Shown piece by piece: positions 32,790 to 41,396 of a stretch of 64,000 bases of DNA. The number at the start of each line of letters is the position of its first letter. Position 1 is the stretch's first letter. Source of the stretch: Escherichia phage LorandFenyves_Bas91; the sequence record PQ850614.1; one strand, written 5' to 3'. The position numbers and the translations under genes were made by a program. The notes beneath the pieces were generated by a model, which saw only the letters and a list, made by a program, of their open reading frames with translations, was not told the DNA's origin and ran no database searches.

Positions 32790-33536
32790 TTAGAACGGGC
32801 TAGAGTCGTCATCTTCATAAGTAGAAGCTGGTTCTTTGTCAATCGTAGGGATTGAAGGAGTAGCTTCTTTCTGCTCTGTTTCAGAAGCACGAGTAATTTC
32901 ACGACCAGCCAGAGGCATGTTCTTAGCGTCATTAGCTTGAGTAAGCAGGTTGCGCTGGAACGGGAACATCAGTTGATAGGATGCTACGTTCTCATCGGTT
33001 TCAGCATACGGTTCGAAAAATACCAGAGGGCTACGAGCTTCACCAACTGCTGCACGATATTTGGTTGGGATTGGAGAAATGGTTTTGATGGAGTTTTTAA
33101 CTTCACCAGCTTTGTTAGTGTAAGAGTTAACCAGAATGTTAACAGGCTGACCTAACAGCACATCCTTGAACCAAGACAGATCACCTTTCAGTGCTTGAAT
33201 ACTTGGGTCAATCATCTTGCAAAGATCAAGAATACCAGAGTTCTTAGCTCGTGGGTTTACATCATAACTCTTGAACTGGCAAGCCGGACGTGGTTCTAAT
33301 GCCTTACCATCGGAATCTTTACCAGTAGCATCAACACCAATCAGCTCGAAAGCCAAATCCATACGGAAAGCCGGATTCTTAGGAGTTACTGCTTTGGTCT
33401 TCGGGTCAATCCAAGGGTCACGATTGTGAACACCCAAACCTACTACACGAACGATACGTGCTTCGTATTCACCATCAGGGATTACATCGTAGTTGGATTT
33501 ACGGGAAGCAGTTGCGATAGTTGGAATCATAGACAT
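32790..33536 (-). CDS. single-stranded DNA-binding protein
   Basis: Acidic C-terminal tail ending YEDDDSSPF, compare E. coli SSB DDDIPF; position in the replication module. Confidence 0.65.
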   Translation of the reverse strand: MSMIPTIATASRKSNYDVIPDGEYEARIVRVVGLGVHNRDPWIDPKTKAVTPKNPAFRMDLAFELIGVDATGKDSDGKALEPRPACQFKSYDVNPRAKNSGILDLCKMIDPSIQALKGDLSWFKDVLLGQPVNILVNSYTNKAGEVKNSIKTISPIPTKYRAAVGEARSPLVFFEPYAETDENVASYQLMFPFQRNLLTQANDAKNMPLAGREITRASETEQKEATPSIPTIDKEPASTYEDDDSSPF

Positions 33537-33595
33537 ATTTTAATTTCCTTATTTAATTTGAAAGATTGTTGCTCTCTTTGAGCGGTTATGTATAG

Positions 33596-33604
33596 TATAC
33601 ATTA
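33596..33604 (-). promoter_or_regulatory. TAATGTATA element on minus strand, candidate promoter for SSB and spanin operon
   Basis: Plus strand reads TATACATTA; lies about 60 nt upstream of the SSB start in a 416-bp AT-rich intergenic region. Confidence 0.4.
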
Positions 33605-33667
33605 CGCTTATACCGATAAGAGTACTATATAATATAAGTATCTTTGGTAGTAGATATAACACACTAG

Positions 33668-33676
33668 TAATGTATA
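33668..33676 (+). promoter_or_regulatory. TAATGTATA element on plus strand in the intergenic hub
   Basis: Exact 9-mer pointing rightward, antisense to the leftward genes; function unclear. Confidence 0.3.
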
Positions 33677-33952
33677 TATTGTATAGCTGATAAAGTTATT
33701 GCAGGCTTGTATATTGGGCAATTCACAGAATCCCTTGCAAGTACCGAAGGGCAGGAGCCACCTGCGAGATAAAAATAGAGAATTAAGGAATCCTTGATTT
33801 AGGTTGTAGGGACTCCTAGGGACTTTGATTCTCTATTTAAAAGAATATTAATTACTTATTACCTAAATAATTAACTAACTTACTTAAACCAAATTCAAGA
33901 ATAATAGATAAAAAGATTATTCCTAAGAAAGCTAAAAAGTAAAGGATATAAG

Positions 33953-34135
33953 TTACCATTCAAGTAAACCTTTAAAGTTAGTTTGTTCTACTATCCTCTG
34001 ATAATGAAGATTAGAATCAGCTTGTTTCTTTAACATCTCATTATATTGATCTCTGATAGAGTCTTTATAAACTACAGGTTCTTTAAATACTGAGATCTTC
34101 TTTTTCTCAGAGTTCAGAGGTATATTTTCTTTCAT
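33953..34135 (-). CDS. hypothetical protein
   Basis: 60 aa ORF at the start of the leftward block after the intergenic hub. Confidence 0.35.
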   Translation of the reverse strand: MKENIPLNSEKKKISVFKEPVVYKDSIRDQYNEMLKKQADSNLHYQRIVEQTNFKGLLEW

Positions 34136-34589
34136 ATTCCACTCTATTTTTAGTTGCTTCTTCTAAAGTATCAAAAGACCCTAAGTACTTAGTTCTACCC
34201 TTAATTGAGATGTTTGATATGTATTTACCCTTTCTGTTTAGATAAACACCTTTTACACCAGAGGTGTTATTAATGTTCAACCCTTTATTCCAAGAGTTTA
34301 CTTCATTATTAACTTCCCTTAGATTAGAGATAGAGTCATTTGAAGGGTTTCTATCAATATGGTCTATCTGATCTTCAGGTAAATAACCCTTAGCAGAGTA
34401 CCAAATCACATGATACCTGTACACTTGATGGCCTTTAATCCTTATCAGGCATCTTCCGTCTTTTCTGATAGACCCTACTTCCATTCCTTTCCTACATTTT
34501 GTCCCGTTATGAACCTTCCAGAAAACTTTCCCAGAAGATAAATCACAATCAAAATATTTGTCAAGGAGTTCCTCTATCATATCAAACAT
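34107..34589 (-). CDS. HNH homing endonuclease with AP2-type DNA-binding domain
   Basis: HNH core QIDHIDRNPSNDSISNLREV plus C-terminal GVKGVYLNRKGKYISNISIKGRTKYLGSFDTLEEA (AP2-like). Confidence 0.7.
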   Translation of the reverse strand: MFDMIEELLDKYFDCDLSSGKVFWKVHNGTKCRKGMEVGSIRKDGRCLIRIKGHQVYRYHVIWYSAKGYLPEDQIDHIDRNPSNDSISNLREVNNEVNSWNKGLNINNTSGVKGVYLNRKGKYISNISIKGRTKYLGSFDTLEEATKNRVEYERKYTSEL

Positions 34590-34792
34590 CCATCACAGGT
34601 AAGATCTCCGAGAAGGGACAGTGATAACAAACGAGACTGCTCATCGCTATACAGTTGATCAATCTCTTCTTTAAGTTTTGCCAACTCAATGAAATTGATA
34701 AGTTGACCATGTTCAAGACAGTCTGTTTTTAGTATAAATAAAACTTCAGCGTCTGTTGAATCTTCACTTGAATATTTATCAATGTATTCCAT
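34577..34792 (-). CDS. hypothetical protein
   Basis: 71 aa acidic ORF. Confidence 0.4.
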   Translation of the reverse strand: MEYIDKYSSEDSTDAEVLFILKTDCLEHGQLINFIELAKLKEEIDQLYSDEQSRLLSLSLLGDLTCDGCLI

Positions 34793-34794
34793 TT

Positions 34795-35016
34795 TTATGC
34801 CACATCTCCTTGTTTGTTGTTAATAACATCCAGTGCTGTATACGCTTTACCTGTTCCTAAGTATTCTAGAACTGGAGGACTCTTCTTTTCTTCAGCGACT
34901 ACATAAGGTGTGATCTTCCCTTTCAGTACAGCCTGAGATGCTTTAGCACTGTCTTCAGATATGTGAATAGTAGTAAGCCCTTTCTTTCCAATTCTATAAG
35001 TGTGAACCCAAATCAT
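34795..35016 (-). CDS. hypothetical protein
   Basis: 73 aa ORF; 2-nt gap to the upstream gene. Confidence 0.4.
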   Translation of the reverse strand: MIWVHTYRIGKKGLTTIHISEDSAKASQAVLKGKITPYVVAEEKKSPPVLEYLGTGKAYTALDVINNKQGDVA

Positions 35017-35180
35017 ACTTCTTCCTTATATTCCCAATTTCTTTCATAATACCCAGAGTTGTAGTTTAGGGCGCACCTCTCGGCCTCTTCTATGTCGTCA
35101 GTGTTTAGGATATTTACCCATCCTCCAACTTCATCAAAACCTTCTTCTACTTCGTTAACCCATACACTATACTTTTTCAT
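35013..35180 (-). CDS. hypothetical protein
   Basis: Trimmed from 35013..35213 to the ATG (MKKYSVW...) with GGGGAAG RBS that overlaps the upstream stop (ATGA). Confidence 0.4.
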   Translation of the reverse strand: MKKYSVWVNEVEEGFDEVGGWVNILNTDDIEEAERCALNYNSGYYERNWEYKEEV

Positions 35181-35353
35181 CGAGAAGTTCTTCCCCAATC
35201 TTTTACATAGCATCGACCGTTAACCCACTTTGTCTCTGACTTAAATTCTTGAGACAATCTCACTTCACAGTCTTCTCTACTGGCATCTCCTCCGATATCA
35301 ATCAGATACAGGAATAGAGCTATACCTAAAGCCCAAAGAATTATCTTCTTCAT
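35177..35353 (-). CDS. small membrane-anchored protein (58 aa)
   Basis: Not in the ORF track; N-terminal hydrophobic segment IILWALGIALFLYLI; start overlaps the upstream stop. Confidence 0.4.
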   Translation of the reverse strand: MKKIILWALGIALFLYLIDIGGDASREDCEVRLSQEFKSETKWVNGRCYVKDWGRTSR

Positions 35354-35742
35354 CGAATCACCAAAGGCTCTTCAGAGTACACAGGAGCGGCTATTTCTAC
35401 AGGAGGTGCTGCCCTAAGGTCATTAAGTCTTACGCCCTTCAGCATACCGTCTAGGTGGTCCTTTTTGGGGATTCCAACAGGGAAGTCGTCAATCCAGATA
35501 TCTACAAAGAAACCTAGCTGTCGGCATACCTCATCCTTCTGGACACCATTACAAAAGATGATAGGAATCTGCAAACACTCTGCATCAATCTTGATGTCAT
35601 GATTATCGTACCCATTAGGCTCTGCAAAGCGATAAGTTACAAAGCGTACATCATAGCCCTTTTCTTGCATTAATGCCACCACAGAGCGCCACAGCTTTTT
35701 ATCTGAGGTGTAAGTGTCATCGTAATCTAAACCAATATTCAT
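35350..35742 (-). CDS. HAD-superfamily phosphatase-like protein
   Basis: N-terminal DxDxT motif (LDYDDT); real start probably the ATG at 35742 with AAAGGA RBS rather than the TTG at 35760. Confidence 0.5.
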   Translation of the reverse strand: MNIGLDYDDTYTSDKKLWRSVVALMQEKGYDVRFVTYRFAEPNGYDNHDIKIDAECLQIPIIFCNGVQKDEVCRQLGFFVDIWIDDFPVGIPKKDHLDGMLKGVRLNDLRAAPPVEIAAPVYSEEPLVIR

Positions 35743-35761
35743 GTCAAATCCTTTAGACAAG

Positions 35762-35790
35762 AAAAGCCGCCCGAAGGCAGCTTCTTATTT
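35762..35790 (-). terminator. hairpin plus U-tract immediately upstream of HAD gene RBS
   Basis: Minus strand AAGCTGCC-TTCG-GGCGGCTT followed by TTCTTG. Confidence 0.5.
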
Positions 35791-35965
35791 AACTGTTCAC
35801 TTTAGCTTCAAGTGTTTCGTTTTCAATACTCAAGTCAATCACTACACCAGTAAGCTCAACGACTGCTTGGCGAAGGGCATCTTTACCCATAGAGTGTACT
35901 TGAGATAAGAAGAAAGCTTTACCTTCTTCAGTGGATAGGGTTTCTTTTAATTCAGAAGCAGTCAT
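35789..35965 (-). CDS. small hypothetical protein (58 aa)
   Basis: Not in the ORF track; ATG with AAGGAA RBS at 6-nt spacing; stop abuts the terminator. Confidence 0.4.
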   Translation of the reverse strand: MTASELKETLSTEEGKAFFLSQVHSMGKDALRQAVVELTGVVIDLSIENETLEAKVNS

Positions 35966-35974
35966 TGATATTCC

Positions 35975-36169
35975 TTATGTTATGTTATAAATTCGCATGA
36001 TTGTACCACCATTGGCTTCAATAGCAGCAACCATTTGGTTTCGTTCTTCATCCGTGTAAACTAACACACTTCTAAACTCACCTGTTGCATCAGTATAAAG
36101 GATGTTATATTTCGGAGGTGGCTTACGGTAAATACCTTCCATCACTCTTTCTCCTCTCGCTCTTTCCAC
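35975..36169 (-). CDS. hypothetical protein
   Basis: 64 aa ORF. Confidence 0.35.
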   Translation of the reverse strand: MERARGERVMEGIYRKPPPKYNILYTDATGEFRSVLVYTDEERNQMVAAIEANGGTIMRIYNIT

Positions 36170-36325
36170 AGTTCGGCTAGCTCTAGATAGAACTCAGCCT
36201 CATCAGGACGACCTTGTTCATTACAGATGGCGCTCTGACGATAACACCAATCCGATGGCATCTCTTCCACTTCAATCTCCTTGTTACGAACCAATCAATA
36301 AGAATAGTTCATTCGTCTTATTTAT

Positions 36326-36520
36326 TCACTCTACCAATGCAGGTACTTCTATCCTTTTAACTGTGAATGTCTTGTTTGGAAACTTTCGAACTAGCTCTGC
36401 TGCTTTGGTTATTGCTAAGTTCTCTGTCTCAAAGATACACAGTTGACCATTTAATGCTACGAGAGTGGAGCCACCGCTGAAGACGGCCCAAGATTCATAA
36501 TAACCACGAACACTCATCAC
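36326..36520 (-). CDS. hypothetical protein
   Basis: 64 aa ORF; 4-nt overlap with the upstream gene. Confidence 0.4.
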   Translation of the reverse strand: MMSVRGYYESWAVFSGGSTLVALNGQLCIFETENLAITKAAELVRKFPNKTFTVKRIEVPALVE

Positions 36521-36885
36521 TCAACCTCGATACTATATAGAGTTTTCAGTGTATCTTTAATCCAAGCCCGTCGTTTTGGATTCTTATGATGTGCCCCGTT
36601 TTCCCTATCTCTAAAATACTGATCACATCCGAATGGGTATGTTGGGTCCAAAAACTTTTCTTGATTAAACATATTCTTCATGTCGTCAATATCTAAATGC
36701 TTTGTGAAATAGTAATACCTCTTATAACAGCGAAAGTTGAAGCATAATCCGTGATCTTCACTAAACCATTTTGGATAAATTCCAGTCTTAGTTATTTCAT
36801 AATATTGGAGGAGGAAATCCTCCATCCCCCTCTCTTTAGCTAAACATCTCAATGTTCTGTAGATGATATTGGTTTCTTTCATCAC
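36517..36885 (-). CDS. hypothetical protein
   Basis: 122 aa ORF immediately downstream of the polymerase gene. Confidence 0.45.
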   Translation of the reverse strand: MMKETNIIYRTLRCLAKERGMEDFLLQYYEITKTGIYPKWFSEDHGLCFNFRCYKRYYYFTKHLDIDDMKNMFNQEKFLDPTYPFGCDQYFRDRENGAHHKNPKRRAWIKDTLKTLYSIEVE

Positions 36886-36890
36886 TCACC

Positions 36891-38735
36891 TTAGTGTGTA
36901 TGCATCCAGTTAAGTCCAATCTGACAATCAGATGCCAGAGGACATTCCATATTCAGATACTCGCCAGCTTTCTTAACACAAAGCTCGGTGTGCTCTTTGA
37001 GTTTCTGTACATCATTACGGTTTACTGAGAATTGACCTTCATCGTGCATATCAATTACCTTAGCACAACGAACCTTATCTTTCTCAATCCACTTGTTAAG
37101 GAACATCATAGCATATTTCATAACAACAGCACCAGCACATTGCAGGAGTGTGTTAAGGGCTTTATGAACCATAACCTTACCAGTGGCATCCCGTCTCATT
37201 GTAATCTTACGACCATCAACTCCAATCAAGTATCCTTGAGCAGCTTTCTCTGTCATACGATCAATGAGGATTGCAATACATGGATTCTCTGCCAAGAAAC
37301 GTGCTCGCATCACTGAACCTTCGTCAGCCCCACCACCTACAATTGAACCAAGCTTAGCGTCGCCAGCACCATAGTTAAATGCATAGATAAACGTCTTAGC
37401 GTTGTCACGAGTAGGAAGACCAGCAAGTTTCTGGTTGTGGGAGTGGATATCACCTTCAAGGAGAATATCACGATACATAATAGCAGAAGCTAAACCACGT
37501 TCTGCCAGAGCTTTCTTAGCTGGGTTGTTCTCTTCGATTGCCTCAGCAAGCATATCCCTACACTCTTTAATGAGGTAGTGAGCGAGCATACGAAGTTCAA
37601 GTCCAGAACCATCATACCCTAAGAATACTTCTTTACCAGCGGGTATGTAATATTTGTAAGCGCCTACAGGTTTGTCTTTCTTCCCCGGCTTACCTTTCTC
37701 GTAAATTACGTTAGTACCTTTTCGTATATAACAACCATCAGGAACAACGTTAGTAATAACGAAAGGACGAGAGTGATCACTGTCTGAGTTATAGTCAGAC
37801 TCAAACAAACTGCGACACTCGTGACCAAACAGACCACGGGAGGGAATATTAACCACGATACGATGTTTGAATCGAAAAGTCGGCGTAGCGCAGCTGTTAG
37901 CTTCTGCCGAAAGTTTACCATCTTCGCGTTCCTTTGCTATGAGTCCACTGATAAGACCTAGCCTGTGAGCCGCTACAACGCGTCTCTTAAGCAAACTTCC
38001 GACACTCCCTAGCTCACCCCCTAACCCTTCTTCAAGAGTCTCCTCGAGGTTTGTAGGAGCTGTAGGCCACTTGTTTGATGTGGCTAGTGCTTTCTTAATC
38101 TCATCAAACGTTACAGGATTACGGCGATTAGGGTTCAACCCCAAACCAAATACGTAAGCCTTCATGTAATTCTTAGTCTTAAACCTGAAATGCTTTTCTA
38201 AGAACTTCTTAATATCAGCGTCAACCATCTCGGCTGTCTGCTTCTGCTTAGCATTGCCTCGCATCCAAGCAGTATACCATGCTTGGTATGTTCCATACTT
38301 TCTCATATCTTTCTTAATTTCGAAAGTATTCCAAGGCTTCTTAGATACGTTAAACTCTGGAGGAAGAAAGCCCTCATCCATAAGAGCTTCTTTAACTCGT
38401 GCATCTTTCGATGGGTCAAAGTCTACGTATTCGACACAGGTGAAAGCTCCACCAATATCTTCTCTCTTCAGCCCAACCCTATCACAATAGGCTTGAGGCC
38501 ACTTCTGTAAAGCTCCAGACTTCTTAAATGGCTTCATGTAAGTAGAGCCATCTAATCTCATCTTAGGTAAGAGAGGAATCAACTCTCTGTCAATATTAAC
38601 AATAATCTCTTTAAGGAGGTGAACATACCACCGAGCATTTCTTCGGTTGAAACTCACTCCGTGCTTTGCTTGCTTAGAGATTATATCAGCGACAGTCATC
38701 TCTGTCAAAAATGGAAGAGCGTCCGGGTTGCTCAC
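36891..38735 (-). CDS. family A DNA polymerase, polymerase domain only
   Basis: Motif A YDGSGLELRMLAHY, motif B RDNAKTFIYAFNYGAG, motif C IDMHDEG; no 3'-5' exonuclease motifs in this ORF. Confidence 0.85.
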   Translation of the reverse strand: MSNPDALPFLTEMTVADIISKQAKHGVSFNRRNARWYVHLLKEIIVNIDRELIPLLPKMRLDGSTYMKPFKKSGALQKWPQAYCDRVGLKREDIGGAFTCVEYVDFDPSKDARVKEALMDEGFLPPEFNVSKKPWNTFEIKKDMRKYGTYQAWYTAWMRGNAKQKQTAEMVDADIKKFLEKHFRFKTKNYMKAYVFGLGLNPNRRNPVTFDEIKKALATSNKWPTAPTNLEETLEEGLGGELGSVGSLLKRRVVAAHRLGLISGLIAKEREDGKLSAEANSCATPTFRFKHRIVVNIPSRGLFGHECRSLFESDYNSDSDHSRPFVITNVVPDGCYIRKGTNVIYEKGKPGKKDKPVGAYKYYIPAGKEVFLGYDGSGLELRMLAHYLIKECRDMLAEAIEENNPAKKALAERGLASAIMYRDILLEGDIHSHNQKLAGLPTRDNAKTFIYAFNYGAGDAKLGSIVGGGADEGSVMRARFLAENPCIAILIDRMTEKAAQGYLIGVDGRKITMRRDATGKVMVHKALNTLLQCAGAVVMKYAMMFLNKWIEKDKVRCAKVIDMHDEGQFSVNRNDVQKLKEHTELCVKKAGEYLNMECPLASDCQIGLNWMHTH

Positions 38736-38751
38736 TTTATACTCCTTTAAA

Positions 38752-39174
38752 TTATTGGTAAAGTAAATCTGTAAATGCTTGGTTATCTTCTACTACATTC
38801 AACATGGTAGCTTCATCACTATAAGCCCTAACCGTCCCGTTGACAACTGTCCAAGGAGGAGGTGGAGGTGGTGTATGGTTAGCCCTAGCTTCACGAGGTT
38901 GCTCTCGTACTAAATGAGCCACAACCCTTTGGTTAGCGACTTCTTCTCTTTCTCTAATAGCTCTCTGGATATAGGCCAGCTTCATGCCCCAAGCTTCTTC
39001 AAACTCTTGAGGATGCTTATCACTGATAACCACATACTGACGTTCAGAAATACCAGAGCGAATCTCTGATAATAATTCATGGAACAAATCTAGTTCGTGC
39101 TCAGTGAGATTCATTTCAATATCATCCCACTTTAGAACTAGGAAACGGTTTTGGTGTCTAGCTGGTAATGGCAT
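38752..39174 (-). CDS. hypothetical protein
   Basis: 140 aa ORF upstream of and coupled to the polymerase gene; poly-Pro stretch. Confidence 0.45.
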   Translation of the reverse strand: MPLPARHQNRFLVLKWDDIEMNLTEHELDLFHELLSEIRSGISERQYVVISDKHPQEFEEAWGMKLAYIQRAIREREEVANQRVVAHLVREQPREARANHTPPPPPPWTVVNGTVRAYSDEATMLNVVEDNQAFTDLLYQ

Positions 39175-39177
39175 AAC

Positions 39178-39462
39178 TCAACCTCTTGGGAATGGCATCA
39201 AAAATTCCACAGCAGATTTAATTTCACTATTGATTCTTGAATCACGATAAGAGATAAACTTACCTTTGCTATCACGTAACATCACATGAGTTCTGGCTGT
39301 TTTGTGAGGGAGTAGTGTGACACTAGTTGGGATAGTATCAATCCCTACAGCGTATTTGTCAATAGTCTTACTTTCAGCCAACAGATAAGACCAAGTACGC
39401 GGTTTCTTCTCCGGGCGGTTGGGGTATGTGTCTCGAATCTGTACCATAGCTAACTTATTCAT
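39178..39462 (-). CDS. hypothetical protein, tandem paralogue A
   Basis: C-terminal half PHKTARTHVMLRDSKGKFISYRDS...FLMPFPRG is closely similar to the adjacent gene. Confidence 0.5.
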   Translation of the reverse strand: MNKLAMVQIRDTYPNRPEKKPRTWSYLLAESKTIDKYAVGIDTIPTSVTLLPHKTARTHVMLRDSKGKFISYRDSRINSEIKSAVEFLMPFPRG

Positions 39463-39463
39463 A

Positions 39464-39718
39464 TTAAACTCCTTTAGGGAATGGAATGAGATTTTCTACT
39501 GCAACACGGAAAGATTTTTCTACGTTCTTATTCTTATAAGAGATAAATTTTCCATCAGCTCCGCGAAGGAGTACGTTAGTGCGAGCTGTTTTTGGGTTAA
39601 TCTCAATCATCCGTTCGATGATCTTGTTTGATTTGTTGTGGTGGTTAGTGAAAGTCCACTTAACAACCTTGCCATCTCTGGTTACATCAAAAATATTTAC
39701 GATTTTTACAATAGACAT
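39464..39718 (-). CDS. hypothetical protein, tandem paralogue B
   Basis: C-terminal half NPKTARTNVLLRGADGKFISYKNK...NLIPFPKG is closely similar to the adjacent gene. Confidence 0.5.
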   Translation of the reverse strand: MSIVKIVNIFDVTRDGKVVKWTFTNHHNKSNKIIERMIEINPKTARTNVLLRGADGKFISYKNKNVEKSFRVAVENLIPFPKGV

Positions 39719-39786
39719 ACTTATTACCTAGGAAGTTTAGTTTGGTTTATATAAAAGAAAAGGCCACCCATTTGGGTAGCCTTATA

Positions 39787-40104
39787 TTACGATGAGCTTA
39801 AAGCTCCTTTGCGTGCTCCAGCTGCTTTTCCAGCTCGATCACCACTTTTGCCGCCGTTTGAACGGTTTGAGCTGACTGATTCAACACGTAAGTTGCTTGA
39901 CGCATTAGAGCCTCCAGACTTGACAGCTCGTTTGTGTCCAACGTCTTTACCTCTGACAGCAGCTTTTCCATCGCGCTTTTCAACGATGCGACGTGCACGG
40001 TGGCGCTGAGCATCTCCGCTCTTGCTCCCAACGCCTGTCTCACCACGGGCAATTGCGGTACGTCTTTCTTGTGCATAATCTCTCTTTCCTACATGGTCTG
40101 CCAT
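39787..40104 (-). CDS. basic low-complexity protein, possibly KGG-repeat stress-protein-like
   Basis: Strong AAGGAG RBS; G-rich first codon positions support this frame over the overlapping 39798..40076 ORF; N-terminus MADHVGKRDYAQERR resembles YciG/YmdF-type proteins (low certainty). Confidence 0.45.
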   Translation of the reverse strand: MADHVGKRDYAQERRTAIARGETGVGSKSGDAQRHRARRIVEKRDGKAAVRGKDVGHKRAVKSGGSNASSNLRVESVSSNRSNGGKSGDRAGKAAGARKGALSSS

Positions 40105-40160
40105 TTAGAACTCCTTAATATATCAGTGTACACTAAGGAGTATACATTATAAGTTACTGT

Positions 40161-40898
40161 TTAAGCTTTCTTTTCCATTGCTTTAACAATCGCCTTACAG
40201 AAACCAGAACGAACAATATCATCCGATTCACCGTCTACAATCTCAGCAAACTCATACAGATCATGTTCATCAATAAAGTTGGTAGCCCAAGTAAGACCAC
40301 TCTCACGACCACGCATATCATGCTGGTTAGTATCACCCATGCAGAACAGCTGAGAGGTTTCTCCCAATCGAGTCATGATTGAGAAGGCTTCATCTTTAGT
40401 GGTGTTCTGGAACTCATCAACAATAACAATAGCATCATTGAAAGAACGACCACGGAGATATTCCAGAGGTACGAACTCAATGTTGCTATTACCAAGTTGG
40501 CATTCATAGAACCCCTTACCATATCGCTGAGTGATAACATCAATGATAGGCATCAGGTATGGTTCAAACTTCTCACGCATTCCTCCCGGAAGTAACCCAA
40601 GAGAGTTGCCCATGCCAACCGAAGGGCGACTCAGAATGATCTTCTGAATCTTACCACTCTTCAGTGCATCAATAACCGTGGAAGTGATTACAAAGGTCTT
40701 ACCACAGCCCGCAGGAGCGTCTGTGAACACAACTTGTTTAGTCTTAATAGCATTGAGTAGCTCAGACTGAAACTGGTTCTGAGGGACTACAGGCTTTGCT
40801 AAAAGCACCTCTTCATACTCTCGCTTACCTTTACGAGTAACAAGTGCTTCCCGACGAAGGTCTTTCCGTGATTCTTTCCGTGATTGACGACGACTCAT
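40161..40898 (-). CDS. phoH: PhoH-like ATPase
   Basis: Walker A GCGKT and conserved PhoH core FVPLEYLRGRSFNDAIVIVDEFQN. Confidence 0.85.
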   Translation of the reverse strand: MSRRQSRKESRKDLRREALVTRKGKREYEEVLLAKPVVPQNQFQSELLNAIKTKQVVFTDAPAGCGKTFVITSTVIDALKSGKIQKIILSRPSVGMGNSLGLLPGGMREKFEPYLMPIIDVITQRYGKGFYECQLGNSNIEFVPLEYLRGRSFNDAIVIVDEFQNTTKDEAFSIMTRLGETSQLFCMGDTNQHDMRGRESGLTWATNFIDEHDLYEFAEIVDGESDDIVRSGFCKAIVKAMEKKA

Positions 40899-41080
40899 TT
40901 ACGCTCTCCAATTTCTTCGTAATGACACTCAGTAGTTAAGCAGTCTTTACAGATTGCTGTATAAACCCTGACGTTAGTAAATCGTTTATTCTTCCCTTTG
41001 GTTGGAGAGCCTTTGGCAAGCTCTCTGATAACCTTGTTACTTAAATGAAGGTTTGTTCCTTCACATCTAGAGCACTTCAT
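40895..41080 (-). CDS. small zinc-ribbon protein
   Basis: 61 aa with CxxC...CxxC (CSRC, CKDC); overlaps both neighbours. Confidence 0.45.
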   Translation of the reverse strand: MKCSRCEGTNLHLSNKVIRELAKGSPTKGKNKRFTNVRVYTAICKDCLTTECHYEEIGERK

Positions 41081-41396
41081 GGTTCATATCTTTATGAATC
41101 CTGTAAACAGCTGTCGCCATACAAGCAACAGCCTCATTATGTGGGAGGTGCATTCCTGTAGAACCATCCCAATCTTTGAACTCAGCGTCAAAGACTCCGG
41201 TAGGCTCTGGATACAGAGCTTGCAGCTCCACTAGATCATTAGCAACTTGTTGCCATTTATCATCAGACCAGATAGGGTCATCCAACCAGTAATACAAATA
41301 GGAATGGATGATCAATTGCCTTCTATACCGATTGATTACTTCAGCTGGACTTATCTCACTTCCATTTGAAGTCCTAAATGTATTACCGTCGATCAT
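41067..41396 (-). CDS. small protein resembling NAD-dependent DNA ligase N-terminal domain Ia
   Basis: INRYRRQLIIHSYLYYWLDDPIWSDDKWQQVANDLVELQALYPEP parallels the LigA N-terminal pattern L..LR..L..H.YLY..D.P.I.D.EYD.L..EL..LE..PE. Confidence 0.4.
   Translation of the reverse strand: MIDGNTFRTSNGSEISPAEVINRYRRQLIIHSYLYYWLDDPIWSDDKWQQVANDLVELQALYPEPTGVFDAEFKDWDGSTGMHLPHNEAVACMATAVYRIHKDMNHEVL

Noticed and set aside
32717-32932. 71-aa minus-strand ORF overlapping the SSB 3' end and the terminator
   Set aside because: It is out of frame with SSB, spans the terminator hairpin, and has a Leu/Lys-rich low-complexity translation.
39798-40076. 92-aa helical ORF fully overlapping the basic-protein gene in another frame on the same strand
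   Set aside because: Its codons are G-rich at the third position (the pattern of an off-frame), while the 39787..40104 frame shows G-rich first positions and a stronger, better-spaced AAGGAG RBS; considered a shadow ORF pending expression data.
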